59,598 nucleotides of DNA from Stylophora pistillata. Its lineage: Eukaryota. Positions 1-11,766 of this stretch are shown here, piece by piece. Location: the NCBI RefSeq assembly GCF_002571385.2, contig NW_019218306.1:75538-135135 (forward strand), read 5' to 3'. The translations under genes and the position numbers were made by a program. Each line of letters opens with the position of its first letter. Position 1 is the stretch's first letter. Under the pieces are notes generated by a model. That model saw nothing but the letters and a program-made list of their open reading frames with translations. It made no database searches and had not been told where the DNA came from.

Positions 1-3000
1 ACCTAAAGCCCAATGCTGCAAGTGTTCCTGCAGGAATATTACTTGAGGGATCCTTGAGGTCTCCACTCATGTTAATACCTGCCAGTACTCCTGTTGCACT
101 GGGGAAGAAAACACCAAACACAGAAAAGAAGTTCTGCCCTTCAGAGAACTTGGGCGGGGCATTTTTCTCCATATTTTCCGTTCTATAGCCAGTGAAACCA
201 GCAGCTGAAAGAGATAGATGCCACAAACACAAAACATATTGATGAGTGTTTAGAGGTCACTTTACTGAATAAAACGAAACTTCCCTAAGCTTTTTACAAA
301 ACCTACCTGGTGGCTATTTATCTTTGGGGAACTTAGTGTACCGGTTTAAAATCAATGAAAAGGGTTTCATCTCTTTAAAAAGATCTTTGATGATCTTTTT
401 ACCACCCTGTACAGATGAGATACACAAGGACCTAACAAATTCTTACATATCAAAGTGATTTATTTTTCAAGAATAACTATATCATACTTACTATTCACGC
501 TTTGGAAGATAATTTCTAACTCTGTGTTAAGAATTGGTCCCTTGTATTCCTTATTAATAAAGTTTTCCTCTTAAGGTATTCGACACCAGTCAGTCATAGA
601 AGAATACACATGCATTTACTTCAAAAATGTAGAAAAGATGGGCAAAACTGTTCACTCACACAGAGGCCAAAAGAAATAAATGTACAAATACCAAGCCATC
701 ATTAGAATTAATAAACATGGCACAAATTATAGGTCACTTAATATTAAAGATCATCTCTTGACAGTAATTACACAGACCCCCACCCTCCCCTCCCCTTGCC
801 TTCTCTATCACTTCCTGACACTTACCATAATCAGTATGAGCAAAGGTGCCGACAAGGAAGTCAAGAACAGAGAGCATAAGGATAGCAAGAAGGAGAAGCT
901 GTAGTTTGACGACCCATTTGACGCCAGCGAGAACAACAACCAATAAGATCAAGGAAGTAATCAGACCAATCACACGAACTGCCCATGGACCTTCCCAGCC
1001 TGTGGTCTCCGCCAAGGATTCACCAAATCCAGCACAGAATAATGAAATGCTAACGGCCTGATGGAAATGAAAATGAGAGGATTAAGAAGAATAAAACCTG
1101 TGAGCCATGGTGATCAACTTCTTATCAAATAATTTAAAAAAAATCTTTAAAGATAAAATTTGTTGGCTGAATGGGAATGGAAGGCTAAGAGAGAAAGAAA
1201 ATTAGAACAGATATTTGCTATTTTGAAACTGGAATTTTACAACCCTTTCTAAGTTTGAAACTTGTAACTAGTCATGGACCCTTAAGGTTTTCCACATTTT
1301 TCTGCATGATCCCTTAGAGGCTACATGAGCTATCTTTTGGTGATAAGAGATGCCAATGCATCATTTCATCACCACCTCACCATTCCAAAAGAGTAAAGAA
1401 TTCCAATTGTTCCTCCACTCCGCTGTCCTAGAACATGCGCTAAAAGGAAGTACACACCACCACTTTCAACATGACACCGCTCACAAACCCCAATGGCTGA
1501 TAGTGCTGGAGCCAGAGCAACCAACAGAGTTAACACAATAATCAACAATGACAGCCCAATGCCAGCATTACCCTGAGAAAAAATAATGAAAAATAACAAT
1601 TTGGAATGGTTTTATAACTAATCATGCATAAAACTATTTACACAAAGAATGCCTTCCTTGTCGTTGTTTTTGTAAGGAAATCTTAACATTTAGCACAAAA
1701 GCTCTACATGATCATCTGGGATAATATTTTTTTATAACCCTTTGACTCCTAGTGGTGACTAGCATCTAATTTCTCCTTACAATACCACCCCTGAATCAAA
1801 CATTAAGGTCAGGAGAATAAAGGAAATGATCACCAACTAAAAGCTCTTGATTGTTAAACAAAATCTCCTTTTCAGCACCTTAGAAAATGTATAGTCAGAA
1901 CAGTCTGAAGAAAATGTAAACTGATGTTAGCATGTAGAGGGTTATTGAGACTGCCTTATAACTGGGCTTGGACACATTGCTTGTTTATTGTTAGTGTGGT
2001 TATATTAAAAGGAAATAGATATTATAGGTACATACCACCATCCACCCAGTCCTGAGAAATATAACCACACCAAAGATGTTCAGCATACATGATGTAAATA
2101 CACCTTTGATTAAAGAAAAATTAAACAAAAAATTCAGTTTACTTTCAATTACTTAAATCAGTACACTTGAAAACTGCAACTGTCCTGTGATACATAAATA
2201 TGTAGAAGAATTTCACAAGATTTGCAAAGGGATTGGCAAACATTTCCTGAATTTTGTCGATGAAGTGTGCGTGTGAATAATGTTGATGGCTAGTTTATAT
2301 CTGTAAGGGTGGCTGGTGGTTTGATCAAAAATGTTTATAGGGGCCATCAACTACCAACAAGGATCTTGATTTTTTTCAGCATAGCATAGAGAATTATAAC
2401 CCATAGGTGAAATTCTTGCATGCGGAGCCTGAGTGCCCAAGGCTATAGCAGTAAAAAACAATTTGATTAAGTCCCTTATTGACAGTCTGTAGCAAGCTGT
2501 TACAGTTTTATAACTTATGGTTATGGGTTAAAGTGAGATAAACATTAACACAAAATAAAATGTCATGAAAATTGCAGGTAGAGTAAAGGAGCCTCCCAAG
2601 TTGGGTACCTGTACTAGATCACTAAATATCTTAATTCCTGCTACAGGCAGCCAAGCACCTATCCTATTAATGATTCTAAATCATGAGTAATTCAAATACA
2701 CTTTATTATATCCCACTAATATAAAAGCTCACCATCCCATGTTCCAAATAACACTGGCTCCCTCACAAAGAAGTTTGCCTTCCACCATGGCTTCTCAGAC
2801 ACTTGATCCCCCTTAATGTAATTAATTAAGGACATTTTATATATTAATCAATAATTAATTATTCATCAAATTAAAGGTGGATAGGGGTGAATATGTACCA
2901 AGCCAAGAGGCACTGAGGTAGAGATGGTTTGCAACCAATCTCTAGAGACACAGGTAACAATGGTGAAAGGAACAAATGCTGGTAGACAAACAAAAGAAGC

Positions 3001-4519
3001 TAATGAGATATGTTGTTTACGTCCACCAACATGGCAGTAATGACATAACATGCAAACCATCTATATATCCCTCACTTTCACAGAGAGAGAGATTTTGATT
3101 TTATCTCTTAGGCTCATTGGAGATGAATGGTACTTGCCAATCACTTTTGAACTAGCTAATCAGCATGCATGAGAAGCACTTTGCACCAGTGGGGTATATG
3201 AACTAACTTTTTATAATGTTATCTACATTGCAAGCTGTCTGTCATTATGTTTTCGACAACAGCAAAAGCTCCTTTACTTTGGCTTCTAAGATTTGTCTGG
3301 ACAGAAAGGTCAAATATCTGTTAAAAGAGATTCTCATGCAAAGTACTTAACAGCAAAGATAGACTTTTTCTGAATAAATATTAAAAGCTCTGGCAGACAG
3401 CATATATATTGCCGTGGGCCATTTTGAGAAAAAACAACTTAATCTCACATCGACCGAGAATTGTTGTTCATCTGGATCTTCAGAAGTTCTCTCTATAACA
3501 AAATTATCAAAATGCTTTCCCAGCGAACTCGATATTTGTCCAGTTCTAAAGGATAAGCCTATATGGGGTATAAAGGGTTTATTGTTAAATAGAATATTCG
3601 AGTGCGGGCACTGTCAGTGCGAATTGGTTCCTCTTGATCGAATCTCAGGAAATTTACATCTTCACGCTAGACAAAATTAACAATATTGTTCAAAGCTAAT
3701 GGAACGGAGAGAAAAAAAAAACTCTTTTTTCATCGTAACACATGCATAGAAAAAGCATACTGTTCATGAAATCAGTAATCGCTATCGGAGTGTCTAATTT
3801 AAATTTTATCAAATTTTGATTAACAATTCAGGTCGGGTAAAGAACACGTTCGATCAAGTACAATTTTGTTTGTTTCAATTTTTTTCTTGAATAATTTCAC
3901 GTTTGATCAAAATTAGATCAACCATGAAATCGCTTACCTTCCCTCTAATCACAAAGAGTAAAATGTATTCTAAAGAGTCTTTCATGTACTTATAAAATCA
4001 AAACACAAATTGAAGAACCTGTACTCGCCGGTGTTGAAGCCAGCTGCCGAAACACGCGAATGAGGGAACGTATGCTTACTTACATGGAAATACAGAAACT
4101 TAATTAAATATTAGATTCAAGTCAAGGTTTATCCCAATTTTCCTTCCAAATTGTTGTGTTCTCTTTTCACAAAAATTTTTGGTTAATAACTATTCGTTTG
4201 AAATAACTGCTTGTTTTAACCCCTAAAACTACAAGAATCCTTTTAATATGCAAATGAAAGTCGTTCCTTCGAGCGAGAACGGATGATCATAAAATTGACA
4301 ACGGTAACGAATTTTCTTTTCGTTTCCCGCCATTTTTTTCATACTAACCTGATCTTCATCAAAAAGATCTTTGACATTCGGATTACCACAAGATGTACTT
4401 CCACTGGCTGTAACTTCTACCGACTCATCGCCGTGAGGTCTTGGAGGCGAAGGCTCTGATCGCCCAACAGGATCCAAACCAAATCTACTCCAATTTACAT
4501 TATCTTTGTTGTCCGTCAT
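1..4519 (-). CDS. SLC12A8: Solute carrier family 12 member 8 (orphan cation-chloride cotransporter CCC9), 5' part; continues beyond left edge
   Basis: Exons 4349-4519 ([14 protein letters not shown]...DLFDEDQ), 2733-2811 ([27 protein letters not shown]), ~2035-2103 ([22 protein letters not shown]), ~1381-1572 (GNAGIG...[28 protein letters not shown]), ~826-1057 ([17 protein letters not shown]...[12 protein letters not shown]), ~3-205 ([37 protein letters not shown]). Canonical GT-AG boundaries. PWW...[16 protein letters not shown] is characteristic of SLC12A8. Confidence 0.93.
1735..1945. mobile_element. ~210 bp non-autonomous DNA element (MITE) with TAACCCTT...AGGGTTA ends (piggyBac-like termini)
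   Basis: Begins taaccctttgactcct and ends gtagagggtta. Related copies or fragments at ~7690-7775, ~8185-8320, and in reverse orientation at ~39645-39855 and ~40321-40510. Confidence 0.7.
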
Positions 4520-5169
4520 TCTGTTGTCGCGGCTCTGGTGAGATATTTCCCTTCGGTAACAACCGCTTAAATTTCACTGTAAGCCCAAGTTCACCCATGA
4601 AGGGTAGAATTTCACTCAGGGCAAACTCATCATCGGAGCCACGGTAAAAATTTTCGAATTCGCATAATTCTTGTTGACGGACAAACATCCTACACGCATG
4701 ACAATGGTAGGTTCATTTGACTGACAGCTTTGCTAATAAAGGGTCGCCAATAGTAACCACATAAAATGTATGATTCACCTCAACATACACCTGTGTTTGA
4801 AAACCTCCCTTTCATTTGCGACAGAAAGTAAATAAGTTGACTTCCCTTCATCGGAAAAAGAAACAGACCTATTTTAGAAATTTTATTTTGTTGCCGGAGA
4901 ATAAAAGAACTGCAGGCAATGAAACCTTTTCCTTTGGGAGTTTTTATTCCTTTTAAATTTTCCTCTTATCTATTGAATCGAACAGCTTCGCCCACGCTCC
5001 TATGTTGAACAAATGCAATCTGTCATATTTTTTTGCTTTAAATTTTCAACAAATCTTAATTTTGTGTTTAGCTTTTCCACGTTTTCTGGATTCCACGTTG
5101 CAGACTCTTCAAGTTAGAAAAATCTAATCGCGTAAGTGAAATCTTACTGGCTTAGAAAATACAAGACAG

Positions 5170-5392
5170 TAGGAGCCGACTATTTAACTTTTGAGGGGGG
5201 GTGGGTGATTTTGAAAAAACTTCCTGCAAGCGCTTGTTGGAAGAAAAAAATTGCATGCAACCCAAATGTAACAGGAAAAATGTACCAAAAAATCGGAAAA
5301 AAATATCCTGCACAGCGGATTGCAAGAAAAAAACTTTCTTGATGACCAGAAATCATCCACCCCCCCTGAAAAGTTAAATGGTCGGCCCCTTA
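5170..5392. mobile_element. MITE with ~40 bp terminal inverted repeats
   Basis: aggagccgactatttaacttttgagggggggtgggtgattt ... aaatcatccacccccctgaaaagttaaatggtcggcccct form imperfect inverted repeats flanked by TA. Confidence 0.75.
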
Positions 5393-6345
5393 TCGCTTTT
5401 GATTCAAAATAGAAGGCGTCTGTTTTAGCGCAGTCAAGCGACGAGGTGCAAATTTCCAAACTTATAAAATCTAAATTAGTCTTCCAGAGCTCCCTTATCG
5501 CTTTAAAAATGTGTCCTCTGTTTTAGTTTTCAAACTCTGTTTTCTAACACTATAATTACCTCACATATACTCAATTCCTTAAACATACAAAGAGCGCAAA
5601 TAACTTCGCAAAAAAATTGCTCGACGACCGAAGTGTTGAGATATACATAATATATGCGTCTAGGTTTAATGCATGCTCTCTACAAATTATTCTGACAAAA
5701 AAATACCATTCAAACTGCTATGTCCTTAAGGCTCTTTTACCATATTCAATCAATAAATTAAATTACATCTCGTAGTTTATAAAAGAATTCAAGTGATATA
5801 TATTTTTTGAAAAACTAATTCAGAACTGAAAAAATATTTCATAGACAAACGTTTCTAGGACGCTAGTGGGGGTATTAGCTTCGATTGACAAAGATGACTT
5901 TTGTGCAAGCCTCATTTGTAAGTGCAACTGTATCATGTCCAATTTTGAACAATTCACAGCGCTAAAATGAATCACAGCCAATTTTTTTTTGGAAGCAGAG
6001 AACACCCAGGGCTAACTTCACACACTTCATGCGACAACCAATGTCGCCAACTGTATCTAATGTCAATTCCTCGAAAGTTCCGGTAAACATCGATCCCGGA
6101 AAATGATTTTTGTTTGCTGTGTTGTTATAGAGATCGCGATACTGATAGTTTTGAAATTAAAATGATAAATTTATCTGCTGATGTAACGTTATGGAAATAA
6201 CTTTTGAGCTGCATGCAAGACCCAAACCACTGTTGCTTAGCTTTAGAGTATGGCTTGGGGCCGTTAGTAACCGGGACTTTTGAGGAACGGGCCAATAATG
6301 CACAACAGTTCAACTAATCTTTCCACTCGTGGCTTGCCACCCCAG

Positions 6346-9300
6346 TCACTTAGTTTTAAATTCAAAACACACAAAATCAACAAACGCATCTTGACTAAAA
6401 TTCTCCCAGCCTTTCAGTTGGACGGTTGGAACTTCAAGGTATTGCGGTTTGACTTTTCCACCAATAACCTTCTTTCTCTGTCGGATCATGTGAAAGTAAA
6501 GTTGCGGGAAGACTGAAATTCAAGCGAATATTTATCATTTGTCAGCTTAAGAAATTTTTGTTTCTTTATTGTTTTATTATTATTTTTTTTTTTATAAGAC
6601 ATTTCACGGCAAATTCGTCAGATTCCCAACAACCCATACGGGTTTTGAACAGTTTCATTCCATAAACTGTGGTCATAGTCTACCGATGTGGAATCCTGCG
6701 CGCTTGTCTTGCGTGAAAAGGTGAAACTCTTTTGGCCAAAATTCCAAACCAACTAAAATTTGCCTTTCCTCCAAACTTGTAGCTTTCTATCTCTGCTTGT
6801 AGGTAGTAGAGCAGGACTGGGCCCAGTTGTATGTGAACGGCGGATAACGTAGCCTGAGTATCAGGCGTTTCTGGGAGCGTTTCTGGGGAAAGGGGTAAGA
6901 GAGAAGCGAGAAAGGGAGAGAGCGAAAGGAAGAAACTTCCTTTCTCTTCTCCCCCTCCCCTAGCCCCTTAGGAAGGCCTGACACTCAGGCTACGGATAAC
7001 GTTTTCCAACGGATAAATCGCTGTCAAGGGGACAAGTGAGAGCAAAACGTACTGCGGGGCCTGGTATCTAGGGGACAAGAGTTCAATCCCTATCAGAGCC
7101 TGAATTTTTTTTTTTTAATATTATTATTTTAGGCTTCCATTTCTACAATTGTCTTCGCTGGCGTCTAATTGAAAATTAAGTCTCCTACACAGTCGTTCCA
7201 GGCCAGCAGTCATTCATTACATTGTTACCCCAAGGGGGGGAACATTCAAATGAACGAAAATCACGCAACGCTCATCCTAAAAGAGGGACTTTCACCTCGA
7301 AAGAGGGTCATGCGTCGGTCATGCTTGAGAACGGCTCTCACGTGACGCTCACATTTAAAAAGGGCCAACATCCCGAAACGACTGTCGCGCAACGCGCGCC
7401 TTAGAGAAAAGGTACAAAGGAGAGGACCTAAGCACGGTGAGTCCAGTATTGAAAATCACTCCAAAATTTAAGTGTATCGACATTGAGACACTTACTTGGA
7501 ATATAAGAGAACATCACCACCATTAGGAAGAGATGAAAATCAAAGGAAAAATTGAGACGATTTGGCATGGACACACTGTACAGACCAGACTTGGAAACAT
7601 AACCAAGAGAGGAGTATATTGTCACCAGCTCACCCTGAAAGCAACAATATCAGCGATTAGCATCTAACTAAGAAAATCTTGGTATGTGAACACATTCTCC
7701 TCGTCAGCACCTTAGAAAATGTTTAGAGAACAGTATAGAGAATATAGATGGCCATGTTAGAGTGCATAGGGTCAACTGATAGTTGTACAGTTGAATGATG
7801 TTAGTTACACAAATGATCCGAACAAGACAAGTAACTTCCTAGAAAAATCTTTACTTCCTCTTAAATTAGAACTTTATTACTACTTACTGTCACGCCAATG
7901 GGATAAAGGAAATAAAAGAAAGTATATCTGTGAAAAGAGCCAACAAAAACATGTTTTAGTTTCAGCCACTTAAATAATTACGGAATTTCAATAGAGAATA
8001 CAATTTAGCACGATGCAAGCAAAGGAAAACCAATGCACTCTCAGATGATCTCAGATTTACTTCAACCGGCAGTTGAAGATGCCCCCTGAACTGCCTATGT
8101 TTTGCAGTTTCTTCTTCTTTATGGGCTTGTCAAACAAATGACGAGAAACTTTTTGCGATAAATCCTAACCAACTGACTGTTAATCTTTTAATCCCTATGA
8201 GTGACTGGCTTTTAATTATTCCTTTAAGTATCTATCTTTAATTTAATGTACAGGTCACGAGAATTAAGGCAATGATCATCAATTTGAGAAGTTTTTGATC
8301 GTCAAAAAAATTCTTCTTGCCAGCACCATAAGAACAGTAAAAAGAACACTGTGAAGATTATGAATACTAAAGTTAGGGAGTAGAGGGTGACAAACCTGCA
8401 CCACTGAAGTATGTACGGCAACTTGTCCAACAATGAAAATGCATAAAATGAATAGCGAATAACCTCCGTGATGGACCAAGCAAAAATGAACCCTGCCACG
8501 CCAGCATTGTCATGAACCTAGAGCAAAGAAACACAAAAAATCTAACTAATGAAATATTAGTAACCTCTGAAGCAAATATATTGACCCACATTATCCCACA
8601 ACAACTCAAACTGATATCTGTTGATGTATAGTCTGTTTATACCATCTCATGTCACTGTTTAATCCAACCTCAAAATGACTGGGGAATGGAACCAGTTAGG
8701 GCATTTAGGTTAGGGGAGAAAATGTCAATTTGTTCTTATCAATTGAGTAGATAAATAAATATAAATTGGCCTCTGCAACAAGGTTTTAAAGCTGAAGTTT
8801 GGAGCCTTCGCCCTTCATCAAAACAAATATAGGAAATCTTCTTGGAGCTAAAAAACAAAACTAGCTACTTGGCAGTGGGGCATATGCATGAAATAATAAT
8901 ACCCAAAGCTCTAAGCACACCAAATCAGTGCTATCGTGAAGATTTGATGAATACTTACTTGAGGGACACTGTGAGCCACTGCCCAGGTTAAAAAGAGTCT
9001 TGAAGCTACTTGAAATGCTGTAATAACAACTGAAGATGGCACTAGACCTACAAGTGGGAAAAAAAGAATGCCACTGAAAGTAAATTTGAACTATTAAACC
9101 CTCTATAAATGTGCACGATATTTCAGCTTAAAAACAAGTTTAGGTTGAAGCCTTTATTTAGAGCCTATACCAGAGTTTGTGGCTATATTTTTTGTTTTTT
9201 GTCATTATTTAGACCCTGATTATTCTCTGTAAATTGTACCATAAGATTAAAGCTATACCAACTGCAAACGGGGAACATGTTTCTCATACTAAACAAAGTA

Positions 9301-10533
9301 ACTCACAATGACAAGCCCTTCAATGAGAACAGAAATAATTTTCTTATCTTGGCTAGCACATGACAGCTTACAGCCTGAGAGTGACAAAAATGCCAGCCTT
9401 TGTAGAACGCTACTACACAATGCCATAGGCATGCAGTGCAAATTGGTAAAATGTTTCTTAAACAATGATCAAATTTTCCCTCATAAATAATCTTACATAC
9501 CTACTGCACAGTGCAATACCTGGAACAGGAGGAAATAAAAAGTCATGTTGGATATTTTCTACACCTCACAAAAAGCATACTTCAAGGTAAAAATTTCAAA
9601 CTTAAAAAAGATATTCTAGCTGACATCAGAAAGGTTGCCTTAAACACCCTTAACTCGTTGGTTTTTTTTTTTTTTTGTTTTTGTTATTTTTATTTTATGA
9701 AAAATGCTGTTTACTCTGCATTGTTAACTACACGGCTAAATTAAATGTTCTAATTTCTTAGTTCTATTCATGTAGGTTTGATAATCATTCACCTCTAGGA
9801 TGGCTGCAGATTGAAATATCTTGAGGGGTGTTTCCACTGAGTTGTAAAGCCCAATGTTGGTTTTCTTCTCTGTCAAGTGCTTTACTGAGAGGACTAGAAT
9901 CACACCCCATCTGCAAAATAAAAATAACATCGCTAAAGTTATTAAGGAAATAATGGCACCTATCTGCCAATATAATAATGATAAAAATCAACTGCTTGGC
10001 AATACCTCACCAATCAACTTTTATATCTAAGTTCTTAGGGGCATAGAATGTAATTAATCTGGCGTACACAGTACGAATTATTTATTTAACGAAATTTGGC
10101 CATTTTGGCGAAATAAAAAAATTTAAGGCGCGTGACAATCTGCAGACAGCGGAACAAGAAACCAACCTCACTTGATAGGATCATGAATAATAAATCTAAC
10201 GATAAAATCAGAGATTTACACAGAAATCACTGAAAAACTTACGCCTGAAATTAAATCTTGGTTGCAGTAGTCTTAGGCTTTGGCTTGCTAAGGGAAACCT
10301 ATATTTTCTGAGCTGCACCAACGAAAAAACAAGTAATCGTGCTTTATGAAAGTTAAGCTGTTTACACCTGGGTTATGGCCAAATATACCGCGCAAAAAAT
10401 TACTCTCTACTAGTTAAATTATACCCAAGCCTCTTGCATTAAATATTTGGATTATGGGGAGGTGATCTGATCCTTACCCAAGCGTCAGTACAACGTTGTA
10501 CAGCACCAAGTAAGCCTTCGCTAGAACCGCCAT
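6346..10533 (-). CDS. HACD2: Very-long-chain (3R)-3-hydroxyacyl-CoA dehydratase (HACD1/HACD2, PTPLA family)
   Basis: Exons 10478-10533 ([19 protein letters not shown]), 9793-9910 (WGVIL...FQSAAILE), 9501-9519 (VLHCAVG, 19 nt), 8959-9047 ([16 protein letters not shown]), 8396-8517 ([13 protein letters not shown]), 7888-7927 ([13 protein letters not shown]), ~7496-7634 (GEL...[11 protein letters not shown]), 6346-6512 ([14 protein letters not shown]...). Phases are consistent and the catalytic Y-x6-E (LYPIGVTGE) motif is present. The HACD1 vs HACD2 label is nominal for a pre-vertebrate gene. Confidence 0.93.
6850..6992. mobile_element. 143 bp MITE with TAGCCTGAGT/ACTCAGGCTA termini and a 9 bp flanking duplication
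   Basis: TIRs tagcctgagtatcaggc / gcctgacactcaggcta; cggataacg is repeated at 6841-6849 and 6993-7001; purine-rich/pyrimidine-rich internal fold-back. Confidence 0.85.
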
Positions 10534-11766
10534 CTTGCACCGGTGCAAGAGCGGAGCCTGGTGCAAAGTCCACGATTTGAGCACGCTGCACGCTGTCATG
10601 GGGGGATGAGAAGGGAATGGAGAATTCTGAACATCGCATGGTTTTCAAGGGGAAAGAGGGGATCAGTCGTCTACAACAGAGTATACAGGGGGGGCTATAA
10701 AATATTGACAGCCAATTAGCTACCAATGAGGTGGGGGAGGGGCTCTGGAGGGATCATAAGAATATAACTGAGCCTTAGAGGGGATCAGGGCATTTTATCA
10801 CGACATAACCAAAGTCCTCCGACATTCCCCCCCCCCCCCAAGGCTATTAATGACGACCAAAGCTCTCTAAAGTTTGAGAAATTTGCGCTAGACTTATCAA
10901 ATAGTGTCCAATTTTTGGAGGTGACGAGAGCTTAGCTGGAAGATTACAGGTGACCCGAGTATCATGTATTAGGCACGCGCTTAACTGAAATTATGCCAAA
11001 CGCGTAACAGACTCTTGAGAGTTTAAACAGGTTCATGAAGACAAAGACAGATTTTCCACAGCGGATGTTATTTCCTTTTGTGAGAATTACTCCTGAAATT
11101 TGTTTTGTTATATACCTGTTTTATTACCAAATTGGAAAGATTTAATGAAAGCTTTCCTTGTATATCAAGAGAATTTATTCTCTTGTTGTGCATTAAAACC
11201 TGGTTTCGACAGATTTTTTTCGAGACTATCAATTCAACACGAATGAACATGAAGAATCACGATTCTATCCGAACGAAACGTTGTCGTCTCAATCGCCGAT
11301 CTCTAAATTCGTGAGTAATCGTTTGGCCCGGTTTTCTTAACAACAATCCCGACGATCAAATGGAAACCATTTACAACAACCCATTTACAGGAAAGTTACA
11401 ATCGAAAATGATCTCTTTTACTAATTTAATCATTTTGGTGACATTACACCAAAATTAGGGAACTCGGTCTTTCTATTTAAACCCATCTCCTTTGATTATC
11501 AACGGTGGGTTTACTCTGATAACACGTGCAAGGCCTATTGAATCTATGCGGGATGTAACTAAAATGACGCTCCTGTGCAAGACTCCTGTGTAAGTGTATT
11601 ACAATGTATCTACCCATTATAATCATTAATATAATTCTATTTCATTTAAAACTGCGACTGGGCCAAAGAGACGTTTAAAAGTGTGTCGAGCTGTGTTACA
11701 TAATTCCACTGAACTCGATTAACAAATTAACGAAGGAACTTTAACCGGAGCTTTTTGAAACTGCTC

